Part shown: positions 15,001 to 26,200 of the stretch, one piece after another
Position numbering within the stretch: position 1 is the first letter of the stretch
Layout: each line of letters opens with the position of its first letter
Assembly: GCA_002633005.1 (NCBI GenBank)
Contig: NMRA01000076.1
Span: 442,800 to 506,799 of the forward strand
Length of the DNA stretch: 64,000 nt
Origin: Phoronis australis
Lineage: Eukaryota > Animalia > Phoronida
Direction: 5' to 3'
The notes under the pieces: model-generated
The model's input: the letters and a program-made list of their open reading frames with translations, nothing else
Databases searched by the model: none
What the model was told of the DNA's origin: nothing
Translations under genes and position numbers: made by a program

Positions 15001-16821
15001 TCAAAGCAGTAATAATAAGACACAGACAATAGAAGTACTAGCGACTTGTTAAAACCAACTTGAACAATTGATAGTAGATGTATGGATGCCACACATAAAC
15101 AAGAGTGAAACCAACATGGCTGTTGCACTCATGAACAGTTCTTCACAATAAACACAGCTTACAGAACAGATAAACTCAATTCGGTGACTGAAAAACCGGT
15201 GCCCGGATTCACAAACACAGTCCACCTTGTTTTGTGACTACTGCGGTGTTAAGCTGTCGGCGAGCCATGCTTCGGATTTGAAGTTCCAGCGGCAATTGTA
15301 TCTTTGCCAAACGGTTTGGATGCTCCACACTTATGCAGGAAATTTCAGTTCAGGTCTCGGTATCGAAGGATTTTTCAACATTGGTGCCCAAAAACACCGA
15401 TATGTATATCATTACTAAGTGGCAGATGATGGTGCCAGCCGGGTAATAGTGAATCCAGAACAATGGCAGAGCCCAACTGAGGGCAAATTCCATAACATTG
15501 AGGAGAAGGCTAGATCTGTAGCCACGAGGCGCGCCTATTCCATAGAAGAGGAAGGAGTGCTGTATAACATCAAGTGACTTCTGAGCAGACCCATAAAGCC
15601 CTTCTAAGGCACTTTCCAAGTGGCAAATGCTTCTCAACCAAACAGTTTGGACGTTTGACTCTCACGTATGGTGTTAACCATAGGTCAATAGTCGGATAGG
15701 TGGATCCAGGCCTTTATGCAGCGGACGTCCTGGGCGTCCATTTGGCCCTAGCACTAATCTGGATGCCCTGGCAAGGACGCCCAATGTATCATTTGGACGC
15801 CCACTGTCAATAGGAACGTTTCAAGTTTGGACTCACGCATTGTAATGAATACTATGAAGCCTCTGAAGGCTCACAGTGGGAGCTCTTTTTTCAAAGCAGG
15901 AAGAAATATACACTGTATATACAAAGTATATGCATTGTTGCTATTTTGACACTTGATTGACAGCATTGTAAAAGTCTTGGTCTACACAGTTTTTTTAGTA
16001 AAAATGCTCACCATAGAAGGCTGTTTTATAAACTTAGATGTAAAAACCTTGATCTATGCATTTTTTTGTAAAAAATCTGTGTGTTTGGGGGTTTTGCTGG
16101 GGGTGGGGGGTTACGGGTCGGAATCATGGACGCCCTGGAATATTAGGAACCCCATTTTGGACACCCTATTTTCAAAATCCTGGATAAAGGCCTGGGTGGA
16201 TCCCTGATTTCCAATTGAAATGAGAACCAGTAACTACCACTGAGTAACGGGGGCTTATTTGATGAGAGTAATTGTTTCTCAATTCAGGGACCCATGTATC
16301 CAATTATTACCAAACCACAGTTTAAGTCTCGTTCAACTGTCACTTAGTGTTGACAGATTTTTTAACACGAAGGCCTTTGCCCTTGGCTTGAGGTATGGGC
16401 AAAACTCAAACAGACGGTCCTACCTCAAAATGGCTGCCGGGAACCAGTTTTCACTGAAAAATGGCCATTAGCATTATTGAATGAAACTGGTTCCCAGCAG
16501 TCTGAAGAGGGACTTCTCTACTGGACTTATATCGAGGTATGGCCTACAATACATCCAGATCCAAATCAATGTCTCACTTTTTCCTTCTCAAATGCTAGAA
16601 ATTTGCATATAATCTTTTCTGAAAGAGTAGAAGAAAATTCACCAATCGTACAGTCAGCATGTCAGGGTCAATGACTTACATATTGTTGAGCGTTATATTA
16701 ACAGGTGACTTTGACTTTGAGATAACTAACACAACAACAGTGATTGTCAACAATGAGAAAACTCGAGTTCTATTCAACTTACCCAGGTAATCAGGCTGTC
16801 ACACAGCGACTCACGATCCAT
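3023..16821 (-). CDS. HOOK3: Protein Hook homolog (HOOK3-like dynein-dynactin cargo adaptor), coding exons 1-13; 3' part not in window
   Basis: Hand-spliced GT-AG exons with consistent phases: 16783-16821, 14064-14149, 13616-13688, 9660-9710 (or copy 9081-9131), 8523-8723, 7749-7811, 7153-7236, 6831-6925, 6218-6362, 5568-5694, 4855-4940, 3396-3560, 3023-3092. Translation [23 protein letters not shown]...[15 protein letters not shown]...[24 protein letters not shown]...[13 protein letters not shown]...[13 protein letters not shown] matches the Hook domain and coiled coil of the HOOK family. The symbol is nearest-homolog naming; invertebrates usually have a single Hook. Confidence 0.95.
3396..3560 (-). 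CDS. HOOK3: HOOK exon 12 ([18 protein letters not shown]...QREKD)
   Basis: 165 nt, phase 0/0. Confidence 0.92.
4306..4467. mobile_element. MITE (CAGGGGCGGATC...AATCTGCCACTG), 5-bp TSD GTAGC
   Basis: Imperfect TIRs; TSD at 4301-4305 and 4468-4472; related copy at 54052-54205. Confidence 0.8.
4855..4940 (-). CDS. HOOK3: HOOK exon 11 ([28 protein letters not shown])
   Basis: 86 nt, phase 1/0. Confidence 0.92.
5568..5694 (-). CDS. HOOK3: HOOK exon 10 ([22 protein letters not shown]...YKKKL)
   Basis: 127 nt, phase 0/1, conserved LKDExDVLR. Confidence 0.92.
6218..6362 (-). CDS. HOOK3: HOOK exon 9 ([13 protein letters not shown]...[11 protein letters not shown]...)
   Basis: 145 nt, phase 2/0, conserved PAGRR and FRLEAAxDDYR. 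Confidence 0.92.
6831..6925 (-). CDS. HOOK3: HOOK exon 8 ([22 protein letters not shown]...)
   Basis: 95 nt, phase 0/2. Confidence 0.9.
7153..7236 (-). CDS. HOOK3: HOOK exon 7 ([28 protein letters not shown])
   Basis: 84 nt, conserved QRCHELDxQ. Confidence 0.92.
7749..7811 (-). CDS. HOOK3: HOOK exon 6 ([21 protein letters not shown])
   Basis: 63 nt, canonical splice sites, in frame. Confidence 0.88.
8523..8723 (-). CDS. HOOK3: HOOK exon 5 ([19 protein letters not shown]...VMAAIQE)
   Basis: 201 nt; contains the Hook-domain signature [16 protein letters not shown]. Confidence 0.95.
9081..9131 (-). CDS. HOOK3: HOOK exon 4, copy B (probable second haplotype)
   Basis: Same peptide as 9660-9710 with one synonymous change; lies in a duplicate ending at the N at 9463. 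Confidence 0.8.
9660..9710 (-). CDS. HOOK3: HOOK exon 4 ([17 protein letters not shown]), copy A
   Basis: 51 nt, phase 0/0, CAG/GTAAG boundaries. Confidence 0.9.
13616..13688 (-). CDS. HOOK3: HOOK exon 3 ([24 protein letters not shown])
   Basis: 73 nt, conserved NWRLK motif, AG/GTAAG boundaries. Confidence 0.93.
14064..14149 (-). CDS. HOOK3: HOOK exon 2 ([29 protein letters not shown])
   Basis: 86 nt, TTGCAG acceptor and GT donor, in frame with neighbours. Confidence 0.92.
14481..14677. repeat. 21-bp minisatellite (TTTTCAAACATGGCTCAGGGC)n, about 9 copies, HOOK intron 1
   Basis: Directly visible tandem units; they produce the spurious EPCLKSP-repeat ORF. Confidence 0.92.
15707..16194. mobile_element. 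hAT-type MITE, TIR CAGGCCTTTAT, 8-bp TSD GGTGGATC
   Basis: TIRs CAGGCCTTTATGCAG / CTGGATAAAGGCCTG; perfect TSD at 15699-15706 and 16195-16202; sister copy at 25955-26367. Confidence 0.9.
16783..16821 (-). CDS. HOOK3: HOOK coding exon 1 ([13 protein letters not shown])
   Basis: ATG at 16821, GTAAG donor; resembles the HOOK N-terminus LCxSLxTW. Confidence 0.9.
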
Positions 16822-17193
16822 CGCTGTTAGTTTAATTGAAACTACACTTTTCAAAGACGTTTCATGAGTTAAATATCGCAAAATGTTCAGATATTAGGAG
16901 GTCCTCCCACGAACCTGTTTGAAATATATCAAAATGGCTTCAAGTGCTAAAAAATAGGGATTTTAGTCGCAATTCCAAATAAAATACATTAATGTGCAAA
17001 AAAGGGAAAATTTGTAAAATTAAAAACAATTTCAAATTCTAAGTAAGACTAAATTAGATTAATATTACGATTATAAGTCTTTTCATTGTTTCTTTTATAT
17101 CACAAACTTGAGCCATCATATTTTCTAGTTAGACTTTTTGTCATGCGCCTTCGCTGTGATCGTGGCGCTTCCGGTTAATCAAAAGTTAGAAGC
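16822..17193. promoter_or_regulatory. Putative bidirectional promoter and 5'UTRs shared by HOOK and EEF1E1
   Basis: Divergent start codons 372 bp apart; ETS/GABP-type CTTCCGG at 17168-17174. Confidence 0.65.
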
Positions 17194-17271
17194 ATGACTT
17201 TTGAGTTGCAGCATTTGTCAACATTTTTAGGTGTTAGTTGTGACCATCTACGCTGTGATCCTGTTTCTCAG
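17194..17271 (+). CDS. EEF1E1: EEF1E1 exon 1 (MTFELQHLSTFLGVSCDHLRCDPVSQ)
   Basis: ATG, ELxxLxxxLG motif, CAG|GTATT donor in phase 0. Confidence 0.8.
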
Positions 17272-20200
17272 GTATTAATGCATGCTGCACCTTTCAGTCA
17301 TTTGCACATTACTCCTAAGTCAAAAACACTCGCGAGGAACTTTTCGATTACGGTTGTTCCTTGGCCTGGCTTGAATGAGAATTTTTCGAAAGATGCCAAC
17401 CAGAGCGCTCCATTTGGGCGTGTGGTGAATTATAAGTCCCTCGAGCAATCCTCTGTTCAGTTGCTCAGATCGGCAAGTGGACATATTAGTTATTGTTTAC
17501 AATCCGACTCCATTAACGTACATCCCAAAATTGTCTAGTATCAAGGTACCTAAACTACACGGTCAACGGACTCAGTCATAAACACGGGCGCGGACGCATG
17601 AACACGACTCACGGACCTGCAAACACCGTCCACTGACTCACAAACACGGGAACGGACTCACAAAACACGATCCACACACCCAAATACACGGGACACGGAC
17701 TCACATTCACGAGGAAACACGGTTAACGGACCGCCAAACACGGGTCACGGACTCATCGGCTTCCTGGGTCAGCTGACATCTTCATTTTGTCCGTGACCCG
17801 TGTTTGGCGGTCCGTTAACCGTGTTTCCTCGTGAATGTGAGTCCGTGTCCCTTGTATTTGGGTGCGTGGATCGTGTTTTTGAGTCCGTTCCCGTGTTTGT
17901 GAGTCAGTGGACGGTGTTTGCAGGTCCGTGAGTCTTGTTTATGAGTCCGTTGACCGTGTAGTTTAGGTACCTTGAGTATATTGAAGATACCGTGTGGCAA
18001 ATTAGGGAAACTCTGAGTAAGAAACAGTAATAGTCGTTTATAAAGGATTGCCTCTTCAAAGCTTCTTCTTCACAAAAACAGGAGAGTGCATGTTCTCTCG
18101 GACAAGTGCCGTCCTCGAAAACACTTGACATCTCACGAACATGATTTCAGCTCGTGTTATGGTGATCATGTGTCGTCTCAGAGGCAAAAACTGTTTCTAA
18201 CAAGTGGAATTAAGTAATAAGATAACTAATATCACTGGCAGGCTAAAATACGCGAACGCAGAAACATATTCTGCATCAAACAAACTTCACTCTAGGTTAA
18301 TCCTGCTGAAAAGTGTCTCACTAAATCTGCGTCGCAAGTGAACACCGTGGAAAAACTTGGAAATTATGAATAAGAAGCAACCAATTAGTACAAGTAATAC
18401 ATATTTTTGGAATCATCGTGATTAGAGGATTCTGAAAATAGTAGTATCAAGTATGTACGTTAAAAGAGTCTGATTGTAAACAATAACTGCTATGGTTTAC
18501 AATCTGCCATTTTAACTCTGCTTACGCCAGGATATATGACACATATCCCTCAAAACTATTGTGTCCATCCATGCGAAAAGGGTACTTATAGTGCAAACGC
18601 GACTTTGTCTTTGATGGTGTAATCAGTTTGAGGCATAATTCGCTCAAAAGCTTCCAGCCTATAGCCCTTTCCACATCCGACATCTCTGCCCAGGGCAATG
18701 GTCAGATATAGCGGTCCCTGATTTTGAGAACCAGGATAAACTGGTTCTCAAACTCAGCGACCATTATATCTGACCAGTGCCTCTGCCCAACCCCTAGCTC
18801 AGGAAATGCACAGTAAATTTTGATCTTTTAGAGCATACCTACACCATAAGTATAAAAGAGATGAGCCACTGCATTGCTATAGAGTGTATCATTAACTGAA
18901 GTCTGGGGAGAATTGCAGTCTTGCCACTATGATGTGGCACATTTGGCTATCACTGTGATTGAATGCTGCTGGATCAGGGTCATTCTTAGTCTTTCCCCTG
19001 TCAAAGGTCAAGCAGTAGCCAATCACGCGCATCGTATACAGACATTCTAGTAAGACTGCTTTTGTATAATGTAAAGGTCGCTGACATAACATAAAGTTTC
19101 TATTAGTGCTTTATTGTCGCGGATTTACAAATCGTAGTTGAACTTGGGACATTTTATACATTGCATAAATAACCCGTGGATGGTGTCTTCCATTCAGTAT
19201 CAGCGACATTAAGTTTTGAAAGTAAATTTTGAAAAGGAATTAACAGCAACCTGGCTTTGTTGTGTTGGTTTAGTCAGGGTTAGGCATAATTCGCAGAGAA
19301 CTTGTGTCGTACATGACTGATTAAGATACATTATTGTCCTAAGGTATCAGCCTTAGATGGTGAAACTTGTCTGTGAGAAATGAAAACTTGTAAAGGTCGA
19401 AATGATCCGCATCAATCTGATGCGTGTGCGGCAGAAAAAATTATATCAGCCAGCAATTGACCTATCGCCAGGATTGCGAGTGGCGGCTTAACTGACCAAT
19501 CAGAACACAGCATTCTTGACACACCTTCGTCTGCGTTTCCAAGCCGCCATTTTACCCGACAAACAATACGTTGTCGCATAAAACTTACCTTAGCCTATAG
19601 CTCAAGAAATTGCGTGATAAGAATGTTGATATGGCGTGTGCAGTTCTGACACGAGCACCTGCATGTGGCAATGTTGCTTGATTGCTTGAAGGTTAAACAC
19701 AAAAATACATTTGTTCCAAGATACACACTTTTCAGTTTGGTGGCTTATCTGATTTAGACTCTGGAGTTTCACTTGTCTGGCCGCTTTTGTCTCGACACCT
19801 GCTGGGTCTCAGCACTATAGTCTAGCGATAGTCCCTGGAAATTGTTTTGTTTTGTAGCAGAGGTACATTTTTTGTCATTAATATACCTGTAAGCTGGCAT
19901 TCATCTGAATTTTCTTTCATAATTGAGAGATTCAATCGGAACAGGGAGGGGTACTGGATTACTGAACTCAAAGCCTTGTTCGAGCTGTTGTCACGAAAAA
20001 ATAAACAATTCAATTACTTTTTTATGAAAACGTTTGGTATACACTTCACCTGTAGAGTTACAGAGAGCTCATTTTGAAGTTGTTAAAACATGATATTTAT
20101 ATTTATGAAGCTTTAAAAAAGGAATTTGAATTATTTTTGTAAATAGCCATTTTTGCCACAACACCAAACTTGTCATTTTTGTAACCATACCACAGTTTAA

Positions 20201-23200
20201 TGATCTTGCTATGTTTAAAAGTAACTGCAAGCTACCTTTATGCAGTGAAACTACAAAAGTGCAAAGTTCGTCAGAAGGTAAGCTCAACTTAAATGTCTTA
20301 ATGGTGCAATATTACTTGCATTAATTTGGCTTAGCACAGCCCTAAACCTACCGGAGCTAACTGCTAGCCTTGGACAAGATGAGTGTGTACTTGAGCTATA
20401 AACCTCAGTTATTTTAATCGAAATATTTCGTTCGAAGATTAGAAAAGCGTAAACAGTGCTATCGACTCGACCTACTTTACTCGGGGAGTCCCACGGGCAG
20501 TTGTGACCTACTTTTCATTTGGCGGATTTTAGGAGACTACAGAATAAAAATATTGCTGAATCTTCACTGTTTTTGTTCAAAAGATCCTAAAATCTATGGT
20601 ATCATACAGATAATTCGACTTCAAGGTACATACCCAGCTTTACATGAACATGTCATGTCAGTGACTTTGTCATTTGTCAGGTGAAGGTGAACCCCCTGTG
20701 GGGTTCTTCGGATTTTCGCTGGCTCCGAAATACTTTTCCTCGAACACTTATTTTTTCATCACCACCTTTGCAAATTCCCACATCATAAACGTATGATTCT
20801 TTGCTGTAAAGCATCGCCTGTTGTCTTTGTCGAAGTGTTTTTGGATAGTGGAAAAAAACACTCATCGATTTCACCAGGAACGTCGTATAGCGACAGTGTA
20901 CTTCCCTCTGACATTTTGTTTGTTTTACGGGTGTCACGTGATTTTTCGCAAGGGGGCGGAGCTTGCAGTAGGTCAGTTGTGTGAATTATCAGCAACACCT
21001 GGATGTAGGGATCAAAAATCACCGATAGGTATTACTGATGAATAAAAAATCATACGATCACGCTAGGCATTGGGATTGAACTTGTTCACTGGGATTGACC
21101 ATGCATCGCCTGGCATGTCCTTTTGTCAAAACTTTTTTATGTATTCTTCTGTTTGATAAATCTTGCCTGTGAGCTTCCAGATTGTTACATAAAATGTTTT
21201 GCTTTTGGTTGCAGCTGGTTCTCATCCAAAATGGCAAGACACAATTAAGGGGCCAATCAGCGGTAGCCAAACATTTGGTTCAAAAGGCAAAGAAGAACAG
21301 TTTGCTTGGTAAGGTTGGATGGATAGACCACAAAAAGGCGACACGGTTGTCTCCTTTACCTGCCTTTACTGTGCATTGAACCAATGTGGAATGAGCTTTT
21401 TGCTAAGTAACAGAAAAGCAATTTACTAAATTCACCATGTTTTTGGAACTAGTTTTTGTATTTCCTCAGAACGAGCGCTTGACTAGTTAAATGTTAGCCA
21501 TTTGCTCAACTGTGACTCTTCTGTTTGTATTCATGCTTTAATGTAATCCTCTCGTATGTCATTTGGGCTACCCGAACAACCTCAGTCTCTGTGTACTGTT
21601 CGTTCATAATGTCCATGGGACGGTGTTGAGACTGGTTTTCCGTTTTGCTCGCATGTTTAAAGTGTAATTTGATTACAGACCTTGGTGTTACGGCTTTCAA
21701 AAACTGAAATCTGTTTAAGCAAACCTAAAATTTCGGGAGATTCTCTTATGTACAACACCAAATTCCCTTCAACTATTTCCAAGTAATGAACATGAAAATT
21801 TGGTCGGATTTGTCTTAGTCTTTTTGCTTCCTTTAATCGTCATCCCCGTTTTAGGTTGCTGTATGCTATGTTGATTGTTTGTCAAAGCAAGAACAACCAC
21901 ACCTTCACAAAAATGCACAAGTGCTTGAGAATGTCGATTGAACTTGGGCAAAAACTGGTTTGGTGTAAATTTCATGTTTGATTTTCATCAATTAAAAAAC
22001 AAATTGTTAGAATTCTGGAAGCTAATTTAAAACCTCTAATTCTGTGAAAGACATGATTTTGGGAATTCTGCCTTTTTTCGTTAAACCGAAAATCCAAGGT
22101 GTATTTTTGAAATATTTCTTGAAGTATGTTTTTGTTTCTCAGGAACTAGTGCTGTAGACAAGGCATTTCTTGACCAGTGGCTGGAGTATAAAGTAACTGT
22201 GATCGACAGGAGTCAGTCGAGCGCCGAAATTGAGACCTGTCTTAAGGTAAGAGAAATTGACCTTTGTATACATTTAAGGCGTGCTAGGCAATATACATTA
22301 ATGATGGCATTTGTACAAGTTGATTTAGTCTGCTCTATGCCAAGGTAAAATGGAAACATGAAATGTGTAGTTTGATTTAGTGACGTTTTTATCTTTTCTG
22401 ATTATGGCCGATCATTTTGTTTTCTAGAGACATCGGCACGTTCCCAAAAATAGCTTTTATGTTAGATGTAGATTATTGTTTACTACTGTGGCTGTTGATC
22501 ATTTGAAGGGTTTTCTCACGTTGACACAGTAGTTTTGTGTCATCCACTATTTCATCATGCTAATAATGCAGCGTTTGTTTAACCTGAAATTACAGTACTA
22601 GTCACTTACAGGGGTCCCATATTTTGAGAACCAGTTTTGTCCACTGAATTAAAGGCATAAAACTGGTTCTCAAAGTACAGGGCCTCTGTAAGTGACTGTT
22701 GCTGAAATCATGAGCAGTGCACGTGTTTGTATCGTTATAAAGTGCGGGAATTTCTCTCACGTTTTCTTGTTGCAGAACCTGAACACATACCTTTCGGACA
22801 AGGTGTACTTTGTAGGTCATCATCTGACCCTAGCTGACGTTGTTGTATTCTATGCATCTCTTAGGATAGTGGTGAGCTCTAGTTTTCAGTGTTGATCAGA
22901 GTGGTGGGGTTGGGGAAGTGGAATGGATCAAGTTTACAATACTTGTTTACGAGTTTATTCTCAGAAACAATCTACTAACTCTACACGCTCCATAGTACAG
23001 TCGTGTAAATTCTTTCTCTCCATTGTAAAATCCTTTCTGTGTTAGCCTTGTGTTGTATCGTCTCCATCATCGTTCCTCTCAAATGTTCTAGCATTTTGGG
23101 ACTAGACCATGATATGTCAATTTGCCTTAATTTTTAACACATTTTTATGCGCCCACATATTTATATGTGGACGCATTATGCCGTCATCTCTGTCCGGGCG

Positions 23201-26200
23201 GCGTCCGTCCGGCGTCCGCTGCTCTGTCTCCAAAACCCTTTGACATACATTCATGAAATTTGGCACATATGTTCCATTCATGAATGGGACGGCATGTGCG
23301 AACTTTCGGATGGATCCGACTACCGGTGTGCCCCCTAGTGGCAATTTTAGTTTTTTACGCTTACCTTTGTATCTTCAAAAGTCCTGAACGGATTTTCATG
23401 AAATTTGGTATGTAGGCACCTAGTAGTGAGATGACGCTATCCTGCCGTTTTCNNNNNNNNNNNNNNNNNNNNNNNNNNNNNNNNNNNNNNNNNNNNNNNN
23501 NNNNNNNNNNNNNNNNNNNNNNNNNNNNNNNNNNNNNNNNNNNNNNNNNNNNNNNNNNNNNNNNNNNNNNNNNNNNNNNNNNNNNNNNNNNNNNNNNNNN
23601 NNNNNNNNNNNNNNNNNNNNNNNNNNNNNNNNNNNNNNNNNNNNNNNNNNNNNNNNNNNNNNNNNNNNNNNNNNNNNNNNNNNNNNNNNNNNNNNNNNNN
23701 NNNNNNNNNNNNNNNNNNNNNNNNNNNNNNNNNNNNNNNNNNNNNNNNNNNNNNNNNNNNNNNNNNNNNNNNNNNNNNNNNNNNNNNNNNNNNNNNNNNN
23801 NNNNNNNNNNNNNNNNNNNNNNNNNNNNNNNNNNNNNNNNNNNNNNNNNNNNNNNNNNNNNNNNNNNNNNNNNNNNNNNNNNNNNNNNNNNNNNNNNNNN
23901 NNNNNNNNNNNNNNNNNNNNNNNNNNNNNNNNNNNNGGTACTGGATTACTGAACTCAAAGCCTTGTTCGAGCTGTTGTCACGAAAAAATAAACAATTCAA
24001 TTACTTTTTTATGAAAACGTTTGGTATACACTTCACCTGTAGAGTTACAGAGAGCTCATTTTGAAGTTGTTAAAACATGATATTTATATTTATGAAGCTT
24101 TAAAAAAGGAATTTGAATTATTTTTGTAAATAGCCATTTTTGCCACAACACCAAACTTGTCATTTTTGTAACCATACCACAGTTTAATGATCTTGCTATG
24201 TTTAAAAGTAACTGCAAGCTACCTTTATGCAGTGAAACTACAAAAGTGCAAAGTTCGTCAGAAGGTAAGCTCAACTTAAATGTCTTAATGGTGCAATATT
24301 ACTTGCATTAATTTGGCTTAGCACAGCCCTGGACCTACCGGAGCTAACTGCTAGCCTTGGACAAGATGAGTGTGTACTTGAGCTATAAACCTCAGTTATT
24401 TTAATCGAAATATTTCGTTCGAAGATTAGAAAAGCTTAAACAGTGCTATCGACTCGACCTACTTTACTCGGGGAGTCCCACGGGCAGTTGTGACCTACTT
24501 TTCATTTGGCGGATTTTAGGAGACTACAGAATAAAGATATTGCTGAATCTTCACTGTTTTTGTTCAAAAGATCCTAAAATCTATGGTATCATACAGATAA
24601 TTCGACTTCAAGGTACATACCCAGCTTTACATGAACATGTCGCGTCAGTGACTTTGTCATTTGTCAGGTGAAGGTGAACCCCCTGTGGGGTTCTTCGGAT
24701 TTTTGCTGGCTCCAAAATACTTTTCCTCGAACACTTATTTTTTCATCACCACCTTTGCAAATTCCCACATCATAAACATAAGATTCTTTGCTGTAAAGCA
24801 TCACCTGTTGTCTTTGTCGAAGCGTTTTTGGATAGTGGAAAAAAACACTCATCGATTTCACCAGGAACGTCGTATAGCGACAGTGTACTTCCCTCTGACA
24901 TCTTGTTCGTTTTACGGGTGTCACGTGATTTTTCGCAAGGGGGCGGAGCTTGCAGTAGGTCATTTGTGTGAATTATCAGCAACACCTGGATGTAGGGATC
25001 AAAAATCACCGATAGGTATTACTGATGAATAAAAAATCATACGATCACGCTAGGCATTGGGATTAAACTTGTTCACTGGGATTGACCATGCATCGCCTGG
25101 CATGTCCTTTTGTCAAAACTTTTTTATGTATTCTTCTGTTTGATAAATCTTGCCTGTGAGCTTCTAGATTGTTACATAAAATGTTTTTCTTTTGATTGCA
25201 GCTGGTTCTCATCCAAAATGGCAAGACACAATTAAGGGGCCAATCAGCTGTAGCCAAACATTTGGTTCAAAAGGCAAAGAAGAACAGTTTGCTTGGTAAG
25301 GTTGGGTGGATAGACCACAAAAAGGCGACATGGTTGTCTCCTTTACCTGCTTTTACTGTGCATTGAACCAATGGGGGATGAGCTTTTTGCTAAGTAACAG
25401 AAAAGCAGTTTACTAAATTCATCATGTTTTCGAAACTGGCTTTTGTATTTCCTCAGAACGAGCGCTTGTCTAGCTAAATATTAGCCATTTGCTCAACTGT
25501 GACTCTTCTGTTTGTATTCATGCTTTAGTGTGATCCTCTCGTATGTCATTTGGGCTACCGGAACAACCTCATTCTCTGTGTACTGTACATTCATAATGTC
25601 CATGGGACGGTGTTGAGACTGGTTTTCCGTTTTGCTCACATGTTTAAAGTGTAATTTAATTACAGACCTTGGTGTTCGGCTTTCAAAAACTGAAATCTGT
25701 TTAAGCAAACCTAAAATTTCGGGGGTTTCTCTCATGTACAACACCAAATTCCCTTCAACTATTTCCAAGTAATGAACATGAAATATTGTAGGATTTGCCT
25801 TTGTCTTTTCGCTTCATTTAATCGTTATCCCTGTTTTAGCTTGCTGTATGCTATGATGATTGTTTGTCAAAGCAAGAACAACCACACCTTCACAAAAATG
25901 CACAGTCAAGTGCTTGACACTGTTGATTGAACTTAGGCAAAACCTGGTTTGGTGCAGGCCTTTATGCAGCCTACGTCCTGGGCGTCCAAATGGAAGCCCT
26001 AGCACTAATCTGGATGGCCAGGGCGCCCCATGTATCATTTGGACGCCCACTGTCAATAGGAACCTTTCAAGTTTGGACTCACACATTGTAATGATTACTA
26101 GGAAGCCTCTGAAGGCTCACAGTGGGGGCTCTTTTTCAAAGCAGGAACAAATATACAATGTATATGCATTGTTGCTATTTTGACACGTGATTGACAGAAG

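Noticed and set aside
15227-15637. GC-richer, coding-looking stretch in HOOK intron 1
   Set aside because: No recognisable motif or splice structure; possibly an old TE remnant but unsupported.
23431-24000. Long ORFs of 173 and 187 aa
   Set aside because: They run through the N gap.
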